This document shows, in pieces, positions 32,178-42,350 of a stretch of DNA of 64,000 nucleotides. The notes beneath the pieces are model-generated. The model saw only the letters and a program-made list of their open reading frames with translations, ran no database searches and had not been told where the DNA came from. How positions within the stretch are numbered: the first letter of the stretch is position 1; each line of letters starts with the position of its first letter. The stretch is taken from NCBI GenBank assembly GCA_963666285.1, contig OY762711.1, one strand, 5' to 3'. The DNA is from Sedimentisphaerales bacterium (GTDB taxonomy: Bacteria > Planctomycetota > Phycisphaerae > Sedimentisphaerales > SM23-30). Both the position numbers and the translations under genes were made by a program.

Positions 32178-33392
32178 ATGAAGTTAATTGTACAGAAATT
32201 TGGCGGTACAAGTGTTGCAAATGCCGAGCGTATACACAGGGCGGCCAGGCGTGCTATAAAAGCCAAGGAACAGGGTTACAGTGTTGTAATGGTTGTTTCT
32301 GCTATGGGCGGCACGACAGATGATTTGTTGGATCTGGCCGGCCAGATTAATAGTAACCCTCCGCGTCGAGAGCTTGATATGCTGCTGACAACGGGTGAGC
32401 AGGTGAGTATTGCCCTTATGGCTATGGCTATCAATGCAGCCGGTGCCGAAGGTATTAGTTTGACGGGCGGTCAAATCGGTTTGATAACTGATGCAGTGCA
32501 TACAAAGGCCCGCATCCAGAAAATCGATGCCGATAGGATTCGCAAAGAGCTGGCTGATGGAAAAATTGTGATTGTTGCAGGTTTCCAGGGAATTGATGAA
32601 ACCGGCGAGATTACTACTCTTGGCCGGGGCGCATCAGATACCACAGCGGTGGCTTTGGCGGCAGTTCTGGGTGCTGAAAAATGCGAGATATATACAGATG
32701 TAGATGGTGTGTATACAACTGACCCTAGAAAAGTGCCTTCAGCCAGGAAAATTAATTGCATTAGTTATGATGAAATGCTGGAGATGGCCAGTCTTGGTGC
32801 AGGTGTTATGCATTCCCGCGCAATAGAGTTTGGCAAAAAATATAATGTAGATATTCATGTAAGAAGCAGTTTCAGTGATACTGAAGGAACATTAATTACT
32901 CGTGAGGTTGAGCAGATGGAACAAATAGTAGTTTCAGGCGTTACTTTGAAGACAGATATGGCTCAGTTTGTTTTGAGCGATTTGCCAGATGATCCTGGTG
33001 TGGCCGCTAATATATTTGCAAAGGTAGCAGGAAAGAAACTGGTAGTAGACGATATTATCCAGACAGTTGGTGACAACGGCAAGGCCAGTATTAGTTTTAC
33101 TGTAGAAAATTCTGAACTAGCTGAAGGCAGATTGATTTGTGAAGAGATAACCAACGAATATAATTTGCCAACAGTTGTTTGTACTACTCCGGTTGCCAAG
33201 GTGTCTGCTATAGGTGTTGGTATGCGAAGTCATACAGGTGTAGCAGAAGCAATGTTTAAGGCACTGGCAGAGGCAAAAGTAAACATTAGCGCAATTACAA
33301 CAAGCGAAATCAAGATCAGCTGCCTGATTCAGCCGGAGCAGGGTGAAATTGCTCTTAAAGCTATTCATAGTGCATTTGATTTGGATGACTAA
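32178..33392 (+). CDS. lysC: Aspartate kinase
   Basis: VQKFGGTSV, VVSAMG, TLGRGASDTTA and YTDVDGVYT; two ACT domains. Confidence 0.95.
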   Translation: MKLIVQKFGGTSVANAERIHRAARRAIKAKEQGYSVVMVVSAMGGTTDDLLDLAGQINSNPPRRELDMLLTTGEQVSIALMAMAINAAGAEGISLTGGQIGLITDAVHTKARIQKIDADRIRKELADGKIVIVAGFQGIDETGEITTLGRGASDTTAVALAAVLGAEKCEIYTDVDGVYTTDPRKVPSARKINCISYDEMLEMASLGAGVMHSRAIEFGKKYNVDIHVRSSFSDTEGTLITREVEQMEQIVVSGVTLKTDMAQFVLSDLPDDPGVAANIFAKVAGKKLVVDDIIQTVGDNGKASISFTVENSELAEGRLICEEITNEYNLPTVVCTTPVAKVSAIGVGMRSHTGVAEAMFKALAEAKVNISAITTSEIKISCLIQPEQGEIALKAIHSAFDLDD

Positions 33393-33478
33393 AATTTCGT
33401 TTGATTTAGTGTGATCCCTTAAGAATATGAATTGTCTGTTTGTTTTGATATGAACAGCATTTCGGATTTGGAGCGTTT

Positions 33479-34570
33479 ATGAATTATGCTGTTATTATGG
33501 CTGGCGGTTCAGGAAAGAGACTTTGGCCTCTTAGTACCCGGAATACCCCCAAGCAGATTATCCCGCTTTTTAATGGCAAGTCACTTCTGCGGCTGTGTTT
33601 TAGCCGTATTAGCGATATATTCGAACCTGAAAATATTCTTGTTATTACAAATGTTGATTATGCTGAAGGAGTAAAGCAGGAGTTGGCCGAGCTGCCGCCT
33701 GAGAACGTTATTAGTGAGCCGGTTGGAAGAAATACTGCAAATGCGATTGGACTAGCTTCAACTGTAATAAGCAAACGTGATCCTGACCCGGAATCGGTAA
33801 TGGCTGTTTTTAGTGCAGATCAGCTAATCGACCCAATCGAGTCATTGCAGATTGCAATCCGAAAAGCGATAGGTTTTATCTCTGATCATCCGCAGGCATT
33901 AATAACATTTGGTATTAAACCAGCCTGGGCTCATACGGGTTTTGGATATGTCAAAAGAGGTGAAGAGATCGGCGGGGAAGGGATTTTCCCGGTGGCCGAG
34001 TTTAAGGAAAAGCCTAACAAGCACACTGCCAGCCGATATATTCGTTCAGGTGAATATTGCTGGAACAGCGGTATGTTTGTATTCAGGGTTAATACTATTC
34101 TTAAACATCTGGATAAAAATCTACCGCATAATTTTGAACGTTTTAAGTTGATAGGCGACCATTGGGGTAAACCAGACCAGCAGATTATTCTTGAAGAAGA
34201 ATACGAGCATCTGGAACACATAAGTATTGATTATGCCGTAATGGAAAGGGCAGAAAAAGATATTTATGTTATCGAACTGGATTGTCACTGGCAGGATGTT
34301 GGATCTTATGAGGCCTTGTCAGAGAATGTTTGCGTTGATATTTCGGACAGTAATATAAAAATAGATAATGCTAAAGTCAAAATTCTTGGCTCGGCAAATA
34401 ATATGTTTTTAACCAATGATCCTAACCACCTGATTGCAGCGGTTCATGTAGAAGATATGATTATCGCTCACACTCCCAAAGCGACTTTGATATGTCATCG
34501 AGATGAAACCGATCTGCTAAAGCAGCTGCTCGAAGAAATCGAAGAAGAAGGTTTTACCGAATTTCTCTAG
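33479..34570 (+). CDS. Mannose-1-phosphate guanylyltransferase
   Basis: MAGGSGKRLWPLS..PKQ, EPVGRNTA, FKEKP, WNSGMF and SIDYAVME. Confidence 0.9.
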   Translation: MNYAVIMAGGSGKRLWPLSTRNTPKQIIPLFNGKSLLRLCFSRISDIFEPENILVITNVDYAEGVKQELAELPPENVISEPVGRNTANAIGLASTVISKRDPDPESVMAVFSADQLIDPIESLQIAIRKAIGFISDHPQALITFGIKPAWAHTGFGYVKRGEEIGGEGIFPVAEFKEKPNKHTASRYIRSGEYCWNSGMFVFRVNTILKHLDKNLPHNFERFKLIGDHWGKPDQQIILEEEYEHLEHISIDYAVMERAEKDIYVIELDCHWQDVGSYEALSENVCVDISDSNIKIDNAKVKILGSANNMFLTNDPNHLIAAVHVEDMIIAHTPKATLICHRDETDLLKQLLEEIEEEGFTEFL

Positions 34571-34583
34571 GAGGTTTTGCTAT

Positions 34584-34994
34584 TTGCGATATATGGCAAT
34601 AGATTATGGCTTACGCCGAATAGGTTTAGCAATTTGTGATGCAGGCGAGATAATCGTATCGCCTTTATGCCAGATTGATAATCCGACGGAAAATCGTCAA
34701 ATGGCAGTTGATAGTATTATTTCGTTAGTGAGAGAGCATGAAATAGAAGCAATTGTAGTTGGCCTGCCGGTTAATATGGATGGGACAATAGGGGAGCAGG
34801 CCAGGATTTCACGTAATTTTGGTGAAAAACTGGCAGGGCAAACAGGTCTGGACGTACATTTTCAAGACGAAAGGCTTAGCAGTCGTTCCGCAGACAGGCT
34901 TTTGGCCGACAGTGGATTTAGCAGAAAGAGAAAGAAAGCCCGGCGTGATATGCTGGCAGCTTGTGAAATATTAAAAACCTTCCTGGGGCAGTAA
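34584..34994 (+). CDS. ruvX: YqgF/RuvX nuclease (pre-16S rRNA maturation)
   Basis: AIDYGLRRIGLA, VVGLP and DERLSS; TTG start after AGGAGG. Confidence 0.9.
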   Translation: MRYMAIDYGLRRIGLAICDAGEIIVSPLCQIDNPTENRQMAVDSIISLVREHEIEAIVVGLPVNMDGTIGEQARISRNFGEKLAGQTGLDVHFQDERLSSRSADRLLADSGFSRKRKKARRDMLAACEILKTFLGQ

Positions 34995-36112
34995 TGGATA
35001 ATAGTAATTCCAGCAGTATTGAAAAAAAACGTAGGCGACATGATCTTGAAGACTCAAATATGAGTTTCGGTGATCATTTAATGGAATTACGTTCTAGAAT
35101 CATCAAAAGTCTAATTGGTCTTGTTTTAGGCTTTATTGTTTCAATGTTCTTTGCCTGGGATATTATCGAGTTTCTGGCAGCGCCTTTGGTTGCTGCTCTT
35201 GAATTAAATGGCATGTCTACCGATCTGCTTACAACCGGTATTGCTACTCCATTTATCACCTATATGAAAGTTGCATTGATTTCCGGTGTTTTTTTTGCTT
35301 CACCATGGATATTTTGCCAGGTTTGGGGATTCGTTGCTGCCGGATTATATTCACATGAAAAAAGGTATATTAATACATTTGTACCTTTCTCTGCTATTCT
35401 GTTCGTATTGGGCGGATTGTTTTTTGTACTGGTAGTTGCGCCGATTTCGATGAACTTTTTCCTTAACTTTAATAAGGGATTTCAAATTGATCCGGAACCG
35501 AGTGCCTGGCATAAGTTGCTAATGGGAAAGTTGAATGATGAGGCTGAACAGAACCCAGAAGTAAAAGAAAGTAGTACGGAAGTTGATGTCAAGGAGCCAG
35601 AAAAGCAGGCAAATGACAGGATGAAAATAGAACTGGTATGTCCGATACCATATTTGAATGATTATATCAAATTGTCAGCTGATTTACCTTATCATGGTGA
35701 AAAATCAGTAATTGCCTCTAATGATCCTGTTAAGCCAAATACCGAGACCGTTAGTTCTGATACTAAAAAAATACAGAAAGTGGAAAGTGAACAAGCACCT
35801 AAGCGGATGGCTTCAATTGATGTAAGATGTACTATCAACGAATATGTGCATTTCGTTATGTTGTTAGCATTAGCTTTTGGCATATCTTTTCAGATGCCGT
35901 TGGCGGTGTTTCTCTTAGGCAGGTTAAATCTTGTATCACTTGAGACCTTATGTAAAGTTCGTAAGTATGTAGTATTGGGCATAGTTATATTCTCAGCTGT
36001 AATTACTCCGCCGGATGTTGTATCTCAAATTTTAATGAGTATTCCAATGTACTTCCTATATGAACTTGGAATTCTTCTAGTAAGATTCTGGCCCAATAAA
36101 GAAATAGAGTAG
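34994..36112 (+). CDS. tatC: Twin-arginine translocase subunit TatC with long internal insertion
   Basis: MSFGDHLMELRSR, QVWGFVAAGLY.HEK, FQMP, ITPPD and LYELGI. Confidence 0.9.
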   Translation: MDNSNSSSIEKKRRRHDLEDSNMSFGDHLMELRSRIIKSLIGLVLGFIVSMFFAWDIIEFLAAPLVAALELNGMSTDLLTTGIATPFITYMKVALISGVFFASPWIFCQVWGFVAAGLYSHEKRYINTFVPFSAILFVLGGLFFVLVVAPISMNFFLNFNKGFQIDPEPSAWHKLLMGKLNDEAEQNPEVKESSTEVDVKEPEKQANDRMKIELVCPIPYLNDYIKLSADLPYHGEKSVIASNDPVKPNTETVSSDTKKIQKVESEQAPKRMASIDVRCTINEYVHFVMLLALAFGISFQMPLAVFLLGRLNLVSLETLCKVRKYVVLGIVIFSAVITPPDVVSQILMSIPMYFLYELGILLVRFWPNKEIE

Positions 36113-36118
36113 CCACAA

Positions 36119-36952
36119 ATGATTATTAGTGAACTTGTCAAAAAAGCATGTAAAAGACCACTGATAATGGGTATTCTGAATGTTACCCCTGATTCTTTCA
36201 GTGATGGCGGTATGTTTTATGATTCTATCAAGGCTGTAGAGCATGCGAAAGAAATGTTGGAAGATGGGGCTGATATAATTGATATTGGTGGGGAATCAAC
36301 TCGCCCAGGTTCGGAATCTGTTTCTGCTGCTGAGCAGATCAGGCGTATAGTTCCTGTAATAGAATTATTATATTCTGAAACAGGGTGCTGTATTAGTATT
36401 GATACTACCAGAGCAGAAGTTGCTGCCAGGGCCGTTGCTGCCGGCGCATCAATTATTAACGATATCTCAGCGTTAGAGGATGACGCTGAAATGGTTTCTA
36501 CTGTCGGAAGTACTGACAGCTTCGTTATACTTATGCATAAAAAAGGTCGACCTGCTGATATGCAGGATAGCCCGGATTATGGAGATGTAGTTGATGATAT
36601 TTTACAATATCTTTCAGATAGAATCAGTTTCGCTGAAAGCTGTGGTGTAAAAAGAGAGAAAATTATTATTGATCCGGGAATTGGTTTTGGCAAGACCGTT
36701 GAACACAATCTTTCGCTCATCAAAAATATCGGTAGATTTCATGATTTAGGAGTACCCGTTTTGCTTGGAGCCAGCAGGAAATCATTTATCGGGAAAATTC
36801 TTGATATTAATGAGCCGCTTGACAGGGTATATGGCGATTCAGCAGTTACTGCATTTGCATGCCGTGAAGGTGTTAATATTTTCAGGGTCCACGATGTTGA
36901 ATCCTGCAAGCAGGTTATAAAAATGACTACAGCTATAATGCAAAATGAATAA
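36119..36952 (+). CDS. folP: Dihydropteroate synthase
   Basis: MGILNVTPDSFSDGG, DIGGESTRPG, DPGIGFGK, SRKSF and RVHDV. Confidence 0.96.
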   Translation: MIISELVKKACKRPLIMGILNVTPDSFSDGGMFYDSIKAVEHAKEMLEDGADIIDIGGESTRPGSESVSAAEQIRRIVPVIELLYSETGCCISIDTTRAEVAARAVAAGASIINDISALEDDAEMVSTVGSTDSFVILMHKKGRPADMQDSPDYGDVVDDILQYLSDRISFAESCGVKREKIIIDPGIGFGKTVEHNLSLIKNIGRFHDLGVPVLLGASRKSFIGKILDINEPLDRVYGDSAVTAFACREGVNIFRVHDVESCKQVIKMTTAIMQNE

Positions 36953-36964
36953 GGAAAGGTAAAT

Positions 36965-37381
36965 ATGAAAAGCTATCGTAAAGAACTCTGGTTTAATATA
37001 ACCAAAAGGCGTCAATTAATAAATATTACTTCAGAACTGGAACAGTGCCTGGCAGAAAGCGGCATAATGGAAGGCTTGCTTCTTTGTAATGCAATGCATA
37101 TAAGTGCGAGTGTGTTTATTAATGATGATGAGGCCGGTTTGCATCATGATTTTGAAGTGTGGCTCGAGAAACTTGCACCGGAAAAGCCTTATTCTCAGTA
37201 TCAGCATAATGGGTTTGAGGATAATGCAGACGCCCATCTGAAGCGTACTATTATGGGGCGAGAGGTAGTTGTTGCGGTAACAGAAGGCAGGATGGATTTC
37301 GGTCCCTGGGAACAGGTGTTTTACGGTGAATTTGACGGTAAGCGTCAGAAGCGAGTTCTGGTAAAGATTATAGGAGAATAA
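36965..37381 (+). CDS. yjbQ: YjbQ family protein (secondary thiamine-phosphate synthase)
   Basis: [17 protein letters not shown] and [13 protein letters not shown]. Confidence 0.9.
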   Translation: MKSYRKELWFNITKRRQLINITSELEQCLAESGIMEGLLLCNAMHISASVFINDDEAGLHHDFEVWLEKLAPEKPYSQYQHNGFEDNADAHLKRTIMGREVVVAVTEGRMDFGPWEQVFYGEFDGKRQKRVLVKIIGE

Positions 37382-37389
37382 TCCAGGTT

Positions 37390-40098
37390 TTAGTTGCCAG
37401 TTGCTTTCTGATTTTTTCTAGTTTCATTTTTAAGCTCTTTAAAGTTGCTTATCAGATTCTGCATTAGGATTTTAATATTATCCGTTTCGCAATCATATAG
37501 ATTGTTTTCAATATCTCTGGCAACGGAAGACAGTTGGTCTGCACCGATTCCGAAAGCACCGTTTTTAATCTTTTGAATTTCTTTTTCTACTGTATTCAAA
37601 TTGCTTCGGTCTATGGCTTCATTTAGAATGCGGATTTGAAGTTCTACATCTCTTATGAAGTCCTTAACGGTATTTTCCATCAGCGATTCATTATTATCAA
37701 ATAGTTCAATTGCTCTTTCTTTATTCCAGATTTGCATATGATCTGAATTATCGGTATTGAGTGCGGAGCTTTTACTGATTTCCGTAAAAGCGTTTTCCAC
37801 CTGCTGATTATCTTTATTGAGCCATTTTTCCAATACAGCCGCTAATTTAGCTGCTCGTACAGGCTTTTCCATTAGATCGTTCATTCGGCTGTTCAGGCAT
37901 TTATTTTTTAGTTCAGGATCAGCATCGGCAGTTAACGCGATGATTGGTACATTTTTATTGAAATTGTCATAAGATCGTATTAGTTTGGCGGCCATAATCC
38001 CGTCCATTATTGGCATTTGAATATCCATTAAAATCAGGTCATATTTGCCAATTCTCGTCATTTCAACCGCTTCTCTGCCATTTTGTGCCAGGTCTGTTTT
38101 TATCTCCAGTTTATTAAGTTGGTTTATGAGCAGATTTTGGTTAGTTTTGTAATCTTCTACAAGTAGAATTTTATGTTTTGACAATCTGGTTTTACTGTCG
38201 TATATGTTAATTGTTTCAAAATCATTCAATTGTTTCAATCTTGTTGAGTCGCATAATTGAACCGAAATTTCAAAATGAATTACATTTTCAGTGTTTTCAT
38301 TTTTTCGGATTTGTATTTTTGCGTCGAGAAGTTCGGCCAATCTTTTTGTTATCGATGGGATTATACTGTTTGCAAGCGATCCGAAGTTGTGTTCTTTAGT
38401 TGAAAAGGTTGGTATTTCATTGTCATTTATTTTAATTGTTTTACATCCGTTGATACTGAATCTGATTTGAGCGTTTGTTTTGTTCCTGTTCAGTGTAGTT
38501 ATAATAAGTGCTATAGTATCATCTTTTGCATTGTCAATAGCACAGCTTAGCAGGTTAATTATGATTTGCCTTAGCTTGAGTTGGTCTGAAATAATATATT
38601 GCGGGACGCCGTCTGCGATTTCAATTTGAAGATTTAAACCTCTGTTTTCAGCTTTCGGAGTTACCAGATGTCTTACAGTTTCTATCAGCTGGAACAGGTC
38701 GCATGCTTTAAGTGATAATTTTATCTTACCAGACTGTATTTTATAATCTTCAATAATTTCATCGATAGTTTCTAGTAAGAATTCAGATTCATATAATATT
38801 GTATTCAGTTTTTTGGCAGTTTCGTCAGAGTTACTATTCATAATCAGCTCTTCAGTGTAGCCGATTATTGAGCTTAGAGGTGTGCGGGTTTTATATGTTA
38901 TGCTCTCTAACAGCTCATCTTTGCCTTTATTGATTTTTGTAAGATTTTTTATCAGATTTTTGAGTTTGATTCTTTTTTGCTGATTATGGTTCTTTTCTTT
39001 TTCTGATTGTTCCAGCATTTTTACATAGTCACACAGTTTTTGCCCTATATTATTTATAGACTGGACCAGGCTGATGTTATAATTGTCTGTGATATTCCCA
39101 TTATTACTACCCAGATTATGCATGTTTTTTAGTGTGTTTTTGATAGGTATCAAAAAGTATCTATTTGAAATATATACGATAACAAGTGAAGAAAGGGAGC
39201 AGACGATTAGTGTGATGGCTAAGAGGTTTGAATATGAACTTTTGAAATTTTGAGTAAAGGTGTTATTTTTTACAAGAGAGATTCTCCATTTTTGTCCAGG
39301 ATAATCTTTGTATCCCTTCATGATATTAAATGTGCAGTATTTTTTCTGTGGATTTTCACCTTGCGTAGAATATATATATTTACCAGACTCGTTTTCAGTT
39401 AATAGTTTTTTAGAATTATCATCAGGGAAGAATTCCAGTATTTGGTCTGGGTCAGGGTGGTACAGTATCCTCCCTGAGCGGTCAGTGATTATTATATGTG
39501 ATATTACGTCCGGGATATTATTATTAGCATTTTGGAAAATTTCATTAATATCTAGATCTGCAGCAATAACTCCTGATATTCTCCCAGCCTCCGATTTGAT
39601 AGGCATGCATATTGTTATGATTGAAGTATATGCGCCAGGTGTTAGATATACAGGTGATACCGCTATTTTACCGGTTGACGCAAGTTTAAACCAGCTCTTC
39701 TCTTTCCAATCTCCCAGGTAATTATACTTTAGAGAGGTGATTACTTCTCCTTTTGTATCTATCAGGGTTATGTCTGCCAGTGTGGTGTTCTGCTGAATGA
39801 AATTCCTTAATTCGTTTAATTTTAGCTGTGTTGATATTGTGTCTGTTTTTATTGAATATTGTTCTGAAAGATATTTAAGTTCCTGCAGGCAGGTATTGAT
39901 TTCAAAATCTATATCTCTGGCAGTTTCTTCGAGTATATAATTTGTGTGGGCTTTTTCATGATCTTCAACATTAACTAATTCCTGACTGAAGTATATGATG
40001 AATGTTAGCAATGCCGGCATAGTCATTGCTAAGAAAATTAACATTCCAACCCTTAATGATGATTTGTCAAATATTTTATATTTCATATATCTATCCAT
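37390..40098 (-). CDS. Hybrid sensor protein (TM-Cache-TM-HisKA-HATPase-REC-HPt) with degenerate kinase and HPt motifs
   Basis: Cache-like periplasmic region; TYKTRTPL in place of SHExRTP; intact receiver (LLVED, LMDIQMP, ALTA, KP); start set at the ATG overlapping the upstream TAA. Confidence 0.8.
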   Translation of the reverse strand: MDRYMKYKIFDKSSLRVGMLIFLAMTMPALLTFIIYFSQELVNVEDHEKAHTNYILEETARDIDFEINTCLQELKYLSEQYSIKTDTISTQLKLNELRNFIQQNTTLADITLIDTKGEVITSLKYNYLGDWKEKSWFKLASTGKIAVSPVYLTPGAYTSIITICMPIKSEAGRISGVIAADLDINEIFQNANNNIPDVISHIIITDRSGRILYHPDPDQILEFFPDDNSKKLLTENESGKYIYSTQGENPQKKYCTFNIMKGYKDYPGQKWRISLVKNNTFTQNFKSSYSNLLAITLIVCSLSSLVIVYISNRYFLIPIKNTLKNMHNLGSNNGNITDNYNISLVQSINNIGQKLCDYVKMLEQSEKEKNHNQQKRIKLKNLIKNLTKINKGKDELLESITYKTRTPLSSIIGYTEELIMNSNSDETAKKLNTILYESEFLLETIDEIIEDYKIQSGKIKLSLKACDLFQLIETVRHLVTPKAENRGLNLQIEIADGVPQYIISDQLKLRQIIINLLSCAIDNAKDDTIALIITTLNRNKTNAQIRFSINGCKTIKINDNEIPTFSTKEHNFGSLANSIIPSITKRLAELLDAKIQIRKNENTENVIHFEISVQLCDSTRLKQLNDFETINIYDSKTRLSKHKILLVEDYKTNQNLLINQLNKLEIKTDLAQNGREAVEMTRIGKYDLILMDIQMPIMDGIMAAKLIRSYDNFNKNVPIIALTADADPELKNKCLNSRMNDLMEKPVRAAKLAAVLEKWLNKDNQQVENAFTEISKSSALNTDNSDHMQIWNKERAIELFDNNESLMENTVKDFIRDVELQIRILNEAIDRSNLNTVEKEIQKIKNGAFGIGADQLSSVARDIENNLYDCETDNIKILMQNLISNFKELKNETRKNQKATGN

Positions 40099-41213
40099 TA
40101 TTTTGATAAAAGATAATGCCATGTTTTATTAATGATTCTATTTGTTTCCTGGCTTGAAAATTCATAGCCAAATGACTCTCCTTTGTCCAGGGCATGCGAT
40201 GGAGGATATAAGTATTTGTTATTAAGTATAGACGAGTCTGTATGTTTAGCGGCTGCTTTATTAGGGTTTGCGGCAAACAACGTACTGGAAATTTCACTAC
40301 TGATTTTGGGGTCAAGTATATGTTCAATAAAGAGCATGGCGGTGTTTTTTTTGTTAGAGCTTTTGGGAATGCACATATTGTCAATCCATAGACTGTAACC
40401 TTCAGTTGGCAGAATGTAATCGATGTCAGGATTGTTTTCAACCTGCTCAAATATCAGACCGCTATAAGTAGCTGCTGCCCAGATAGATTCATCTTGTATA
40501 CCTTTAATAATGTCAGTTTCTCCCATAATTTTGACATCCATTTTTTTCAGGCTTAGCAGGAGGTCAGCAGCTTCGTTTAGCTCTGTAATATTTTTAGTAT
40601 TTAAATTGTATTTGCGTATTAACAATGGAATTGAAATACACTCTCTTGGATTTTTTATCAGGGCGATATGTCCGGTATATTTCTGGTCAAATAAGACGTT
40701 CCAGTCTGGCGAAGGCGACTCTATATGTTTTTTATTTATTACTAAACCGGTTGTGCCCCATATATATGGAACACTATATTTATTCCCGGGGTCATACTTT
40801 TGGTTAGTGAATTTCTTATCCAGGTTATTGAAATTAGAAATTTCACTTTGATCTATTTCTGCAAGAAGTTTCATCGCGATAAGTTCTTTTACCGATGCTC
40901 CAGTTGCAATGCATACATCTGCCTGGCCAGGTGAAGATATTATTGACGAAAGCAGCTCATCTTCATTTTCAAAATAGTGTACGTTCAGCTTAATACCATA
41001 TTTACTCTCGAACCTGCTTATTGCTTTCTTTGTTATATGATTACCCCATAAATACAGGTTTAATGATTTTGCATATTCTATTTCATTTTTCTTATGTTCT
41101 ATGGCAGCGGTCGTATCTTTGGGGCCGCCTAGCATGGTATATGCGAAGTATACCATAAATGCTAAACATATTATTATTGTCAGTTGAAGAATAATATTGA
41201 TAAAATTTTTCAT
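40098..41213 (-). CDS. PotD/PotF-like polyamine substrate-binding protein (no permease or ATPase adjacent)
   Basis: LNLYLWGNHI, FESKYGIK, YDPGNKYSVPYIWGTTG and PTEGYSLWIDNMCIP; N-terminal TM anchor. Confidence 0.85.
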   Translation of the reverse strand: MKNFINIILQLTIIICLAFMVYFAYTMLGGPKDTTAAIEHKKNEIEYAKSLNLYLWGNHITKKAISRFESKYGIKLNVHYFENEDELLSSIISSPGQADVCIATGASVKELIAMKLLAEIDQSEISNFNNLDKKFTNQKYDPGNKYSVPYIWGTTGLVINKKHIESPSPDWNVLFDQKYTGHIALIKNPRECISIPLLIRKYNLNTKNITELNEAADLLLSLKKMDVKIMGETDIIKGIQDESIWAAATYSGLIFEQVENNPDIDYILPTEGYSLWIDNMCIPKSSNKKNTAMLFIEHILDPKISSEISSTLFAANPNKAAAKHTDSSILNNKYLYPPSHALDKGESFGYEFSSQETNRIINKTWHYLLSK

Positions 41214-41532
41214 TCTTATTATTTTCCTGAACTATTAACCAGAAAACCCAATATCATATTCTTATCATTTGTCTAAAATGTTAATGTAGCAAGTTCTGTA
41301 TAACGCTGAAGATATATTAACAATTCGTCGTATATTGCTTCGACCTTTGCCTCTTATGAAACAATAACTTATGGTTTTTGAAGATAGGAAACCGAAGTGT
41401 GGAGATATAAATGTAAGTATTTCGTATTAAGATAATTAAGGTTAGTCTTGTAGTGATTGGCAGGCTTGGCGAAAAACTCGAGTTGGCGATTTTACCTGTA
41501 TTGCTTTTAGTTATGGGACCGATAATTGTGCT

Positions 41533-41799
41533 TTACTTCTTTTCCGGTACCGGGTCAAAACCGCCTTTGGCGAAAGGGTTGCATCGTATAATTCTTTTTA
41601 TACTAAGCCAAAGTCCCTTTATTGGACCATATTCGATTAAGGCTTCTTTGCAGTATTCACTGCAGGTTGGTACATATTTACATGATGCCGGCAGGTGGGG
41701 AGATATGCCCATTTGGTACAGTTTAACAAAAGCTAACATTAGCTTTAGCAGCAAGCGGGCAGGCAAATGATATTTATTTATTGGGCTGTTTGTTTTCAA
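41533..41799 (-). CDS. yidD: Membrane protein insertion efficiency factor YidD
   Basis: [10 protein letters not shown] and [17 protein letters not shown]. Confidence 0.92.
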   Translation of the reverse strand: MKTNSPINKYHLPARLLLKLMLAFVKLYQMGISPHLPASCKYVPTCSEYCKEALIEYGPIKGLWLSIKRIIRCNPFAKGGFDPVPEKK

Positions 41800-42166
41800 T
41801 GTTTCTTTTATTCTGTTTTTTTACAATTCTTGGCGTCAGGCTCAATAATGATTTGACATATTTTCCTGTTGCACATGATTGAGTGGGACGAGGGATGATA
41901 ACCCAGTCATACCCTTGTGGAAGACTGTTTCGGCATAATCTGAATGCCTCTCGAAGGCAGCGTTTATAGCGATTTCTGATAACTGCTCCGCCCAGTTTTT
42001 TGCTTACGGATAAGCCTAATCGGCTGATTTTCAGGTTGTTAGGCTTACCATATAGAAGAATATTGCTGTCAGAAATACTGTTGCGGTTTTTGAAAACTTT
42101 GGCAAAGGATTCTGTTTTTTTCATCCTGGCCGAACCAGGGAATTTTAATTGTGTGTTTTTGCTCAT
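41774..42166 (-). CDS. rnpA: Ribonuclease P protein component
   Basis: [28 protein letters not shown]. Confidence 0.92.
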   Translation of the reverse strand: MSKNTQLKFPGSARMKKTESFAKVFKNRNSISDSNILLYGKPNNLKISRLGLSVSKKLGGAVIRNRYKRCLREAFRLCRNSLPQGYDWVIIPRPTQSCATGKYVKSLLSLTPRIVKKQNKRNIENKQPNK

Positions 42167-42350
42167 ATATAGGCAGTCAATTGACCTGATAAAACTGATA
42201 TTCTTTAGAATTCCTTAACTGTATGCTGCTTAAACGTTTACTGATCTATAATTCTATTTTGGCAGTTGATTTTTGTCAAGAAATCTAATGTCTCAATTTG
42301 AATATTTCTTGACTTTAATTTTGCTATAAAGATAATGCTGATAGATAATT

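Noticed and set aside
41320..41356. c-di-GMP-I riboswitch-like GGCAAA...GACG on the minus strand upstream of the PotD-like gene
   Set aside because: The GAAA-capped stem and following GCAAAG/P3 elements are missing.
42167..42350. rpmH or tmRNA next to rnpA and smpB
   Set aside because: No MKRT-type basic ORF and no GGGG..TCCACCA tmRNA ends.
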